Origin: Candidatus Altiarchaeota archaeon
GTDB lineage: Archaea > Altiarchaeota > Altiarchaeia > IMC4 > SCGC-AAA252-I15
DNA: 64,000 bases
Assembly (NCBI GenBank): GCA_043800705.1
Contig: JAZDMS010000001.1
Coordinates: forward strand, 32,001 to 96,000
Direction: 5' to 3'
Positions 61,382 to 64,000 of the stretch are shown in pieces; within the stretch, counting starts at the first letter, position 1, and every line of letters starts with the position of its first letter. Below the pieces are notes generated by a model. It was not told the DNA's origin, did not search any database, and saw only the letters and a list, made by a program, of their open reading frames with translations. Position numbers and translations under genes: made by a program.

Positions 61382-62077
61382 ATGAAGTATTCAATCGTAA
61401 TTCCTGCTTTTAATGAGGCGGCTCGTATAAGGAAAACTCTCGAGGGCCTTAAAGGGTTGCTTAAGGATTCTGAAGTCATTGTCGTTGATGATGGTTCTTC
61501 GGACGCGACTTTTGACATCGCTGTGGCTACTGGGGCCAAGGTTGTCAGGCATCGTATCAACCGGGGAAAGGGTGCGGCGATAAAGACTGGTTTCGCACTT
61601 GCCGAGGGGGAGGTTATAGGGTTTGTTGATGCGGATGGTTCAACAAGCGATAAGGATGTGGAGAAAGTGTTCGAATCAATAAACAGTTGCGATGTTGTAA
61701 TAGGTTCTAGGAGGGTGACCGGTTCACTGGTGCCCGTTGACCAACCGGGATATAGGAAAATATCAGGATTGGTCCTGAGGCTCCTCGTCAATGCATTGGT
61801 GGGTGTCAAATTCATGGACACTCAATGCGGTTGCAAGGCGATGAATCGCAAGGTCGTAACTGATTTGCTCCCGAGAATGAGATCCAACGGGTTTGAATTC
61901 GACATTGAGCTCCTTTATCTGGCTAAGAAAAGGGGCTATACGGTGAAAGAGATCCCAGTCACATGGATAAACAGTACCGGTTCGACTGTGAATGTGCTTG
62001 TCGATGGTGTTAGGATGTTCTGGCAGATCCTTATGATACGGATAAGAAGATACGATCGACCGTCGGATATCACATAA
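61382..62077 (+). CDS. Dolichyl-phosphate glycosyltransferase (GT2, AglD/ALG5-like)
   Basis: SIVIPAFNE, VDDGS, GKG, DADG, DTQCG.K, FDIELL. Confidence 0.9.
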   Translation: MKYSIVIPAFNEAARIRKTLEGLKGLLKDSEVIVVDDGSSDATFDIAVATGAKVVRHRINRGKGAAIKTGFALAEGEVIGFVDADGSTSDKDVEKVFESINSCDVVIGSRRVTGSLVPVDQPGYRKISGLVLRLLVNALVGVKFMDTQCGCKAMNRKVVTDLLPRMRSNGFEFDIELLYLAKKRGYTVKEIPVTWINSTGSTVNVLVDGVRMFWQILMIRIRRYDRPSDIT

Positions 62078-62095
62078 TTTACGGGGCTTGTGTGA

Positions 62096-62653
62096 TTAGG
62101 GCTGTCTTATGAATATCTCCCTCCTATAATGCCTTAATTCCTCGATTGACTCCATTATGTCTTTGGCGGCATTGTGTGTTCCGGCTTTTTTAAACTCCGG
62201 CAGGTTTGGAAACCATCTCCTGGAGAGCTCCTTTAATGAGCTCACGTCGATGTTCCTGTAATGGAAGAAGGCCTCCAGAGTCGGCATATGCCTTCGCATG
62301 AACCAGCGGTCCTGGTGGACGCTGTTGCCGCAAAGCGGCGACAGGTTCGGCTCGCAGTGGTCGCTGAGGAATTTCAGGGTCTTCTGCTCTGCGGATTCAT
62401 GCGTCTGCCTGGATCTTATCACCCTCTCCACGAGCCCGGATTCGCCGTGGTGTTTCGTGTTCCATTCGTCCATGCCGTATAGTACCGGCTCTTCCTGATG
62501 GATTGCGATGGCCGGACCTTCGGCAATTAAGTCCAGGTTGGAGTCTGTCACCACTGTGGCGATCTCCAATATGACGTCTTTGTCGAAATCCAGGCCGCTG
62601 AACTCCATGTCGACCCATACGAGGGCATCATTCGATCTCTCCATCAACGCCAT
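62096..62653 (-). CDS. orn: Oligoribonuclease (DEDDh)
   Basis: LVWVDMEFSGL, ILEIATVVTD, MDEWN..HH..SGL, LCGNSV.QD, HYRNIDVSS.KEL, H.A..DI.ESI.EL. Confidence 0.92.
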   Translation of the reverse strand: MALMERSNDALVWVDMEFSGLDFDKDVILEIATVVTDSNLDLIAEGPAIAIHQEEPVLYGMDEWNTKHHGESGLVERVIRSRQTHESAEQKTLKFLSDHCEPNLSPLCGNSVHQDRWFMRRHMPTLEAFFHYRNIDVSSLKELSRRWFPNLPEFKKAGTHNAAKDIMESIEELRHYRREIFIRQP

Positions 62654-62713
62654 GTTAATCCTTGGTCTGCGTGGTTTTTATAGTGTGGATGCGCATTATG
62701 ATCGGGGATTGTC

Positions 62714-63103
62714 ATGGGAGACTGATATCTTTATGCGGTGGCGGCGGCTCTCCTGTTGTCCTCAGCCCTGGCTTAAGCCTATGGCGAGTCTTTGGAGTCG
62801 CCGGTTGTCGCGGTAGGCGGTCTCCCGGCGTGCGTGATCGCCGCAGGATACGACCCTGATTCGTTCATCCTCGTCTACCGACATGGATCGGTCGCCGAGA
62901 ACGGGGTCGGCTCGAGGTATGTGCGGGTCGCCAAGGAGGTTTCCAGGCGTGTTGGGCTGAGGCTATATCCCGTAGATGGGGGTGTATATTCCGACCGAGA
63001 AAAAATGCTCATGGGGTGCTTCGGCATCGATTATTCCGGTTCCTTCGGTACTCGGATGGTATGCGCAGGAAACTGCATGGTGCGGGGCATTTACGGAGGG
63101 TAG
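62714..63103 (+). pseudogene. Probable decayed secreted-protein gene
   Basis: MGD*YLYAVAAALLLSSALA*AYGESLESP... two in-frame stops in a signal-peptide-like leader, in frame with ORF 62792-63103. Confidence 0.45.
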
Positions 63104-63155
63104 CCTTTGACCAATCAGATTCTTGTGTTTGCGGATGAATGCCTTCGGGCTTGAG

Positions 63156-64000
63156 CTATGCCGCCCTTTCGGCCCTGAACGTTCCCCTCCATTTGTCGAA
63201 GGGTATGTTGACCTTCCAGGCCTCCGGGTCCTTGGCTTCCATCCTCTTCTTTATCCTGGCGATTATACTACTTCTTTGGTCGGTGGACAGTATGCACTTT
63301 CTCCCGTACATGGATCCGTTTCCGCTCAGTGTCGCCTCGCCGTATCCGACCGGGACGGCCTTGTGCATCCTCGGTCGTGTCTTCTCCTCTTTTTGGGTGA
63401 ATCCGTAATACCAGTTGAACTGGGGTACTTTGTATGTCCCTCCTGGCGTCATCCTGTATATCTCGTAGCTCCAGAAGTATTTCAGTGTGTCCCCCACCAC
63501 CCTCCCGAAGATCGTGCCGAGGCCTCCGTCGTATGTTCCGACGACGGTCCCGTCAGGGAATTGCGATATGGTGGTTCTGGTGCCGGATTCGCTGTCGGTC
63601 CACACGCCTGAAAAGTCGGTGCTAAGACTCGAGCCCGGGCTCTCGGATGATGTGAGGGGCGATGGCGAGGATATCTGGTCTCCCTTGTGGATTTCGACTT
63701 TCCTGCCTGGGGGGATGCTGGCCATCCATCCGGGAGGAAGGGTCACTTCTTCGCTTGCAGAGAGGGAGGCTGTCATTTTGGGTGTCAGCCTTGCGTCGTA
63801 TCCGACTCCCAGTATCGCGAGCTGGCCCATCTCGAGCGTGACATCCCCCTCCTCCAACATTTCGCTTGAGCCCTCCGGCAAGGGCAGACGCGTCTTTTCC
63901 GGGAGCTTTATCGTCTCAGTAGACATTGCCTTGATAGTCGATCCCGAATGCATAGGAACGACGGCAGCCCTGGACCCCTCCTCGGCGGATAAGACTGTGC
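63156..64000 (-). CDS. Hypothetical protein, C-terminal part (probably starts beyond window)
   Basis: 265+ aa open frame; DFSGVW...G.V.GTY....G.I.G.V.G beta-barrel-like C-terminus. Confidence 0.55.
   Translation of the reverse strand, partial: TVLSAEEGSRAAVVPMHSGSTIKAMSTETIKLPEKTRLPLPEGSSEMLEEGDVTLEMGQLAILGVGYDARLTPKMTASLSASEEVTLPPGWMASIPPGRKVEIHKGDQISSPSPLTSSESPGSSLSTDFSGVWTDSESGTRTTISQFPDGTVVGTYDGGLGTIFGRVVGDTLKYFWSYEIYRMTPGGTYKVPQFNWYYGFTQKEEKTRPRMHKAVPVGYGEATLSGNGSMYGRKCILSTDQRSSIIARIKKRMEAKDPEAWKVNIPFDKWRGTFRAERAA

Noticed and set aside
1-64000. Stop-codon recoding (Sec, Pyl or alternative code) suggested by in-frame stops in several frames
   Set aside because: TAA, TAG and TGA all terminate conserved genes; the interrupted genes have mixed stop types and/or frameshifts, consistent with decay

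Overview
Archaeal chromosomal segment. Trm1, the archaeal-type LeuRS, TrpB2 and an intron-containing tRNA support this; a DPANN/Altiarchaeota-like host is only an impression. The GC-rich backbone carries trm1, an SPFH protein, ubiX, a KimA-like APC transporter, a dapF-like gene, gatC, a KaiC-type ATPase, the full trpEGDCFBA operon plus trpB2, a Grx/FTR/rubrerythrin redox cluster, leuS and a DEAD-box helicase. Three accessory regions interrupt it. (1) A ~2 kb AT-rich IS6-family element with long bipartite inverted repeats and cargo genes, inserted in the trpE promoter. (2) A GNAT toxin/antitoxin-like cassette bounded by repeats of the tRNA-Arg 3' end. (3) A ~14.5 kb low-GC surface-modification island with IS66/DUF2080 remnants, two lipoproteins built from 26-aa C-x11-C repeats, a B12 radical SAM enzyme, methyltransferases, GT2s and two GT-C-like membrane proteins, bracketed by inverted paralogous membrane-anchored genes. 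Other notable signals are TrpY-type paired boxes upstream of both trpE and trpB2, an in-frame heptamer-repeat insertion in a GNAT gene, a DapF homolog with catalytic Cys replaced by Asp, a multi-GNAT gene pair, a bacterial-type oligoribonuclease and several pseudogenes. No CRISPR array or rRNA was seen. All calls come from motif recognition by eye; no searches were run.
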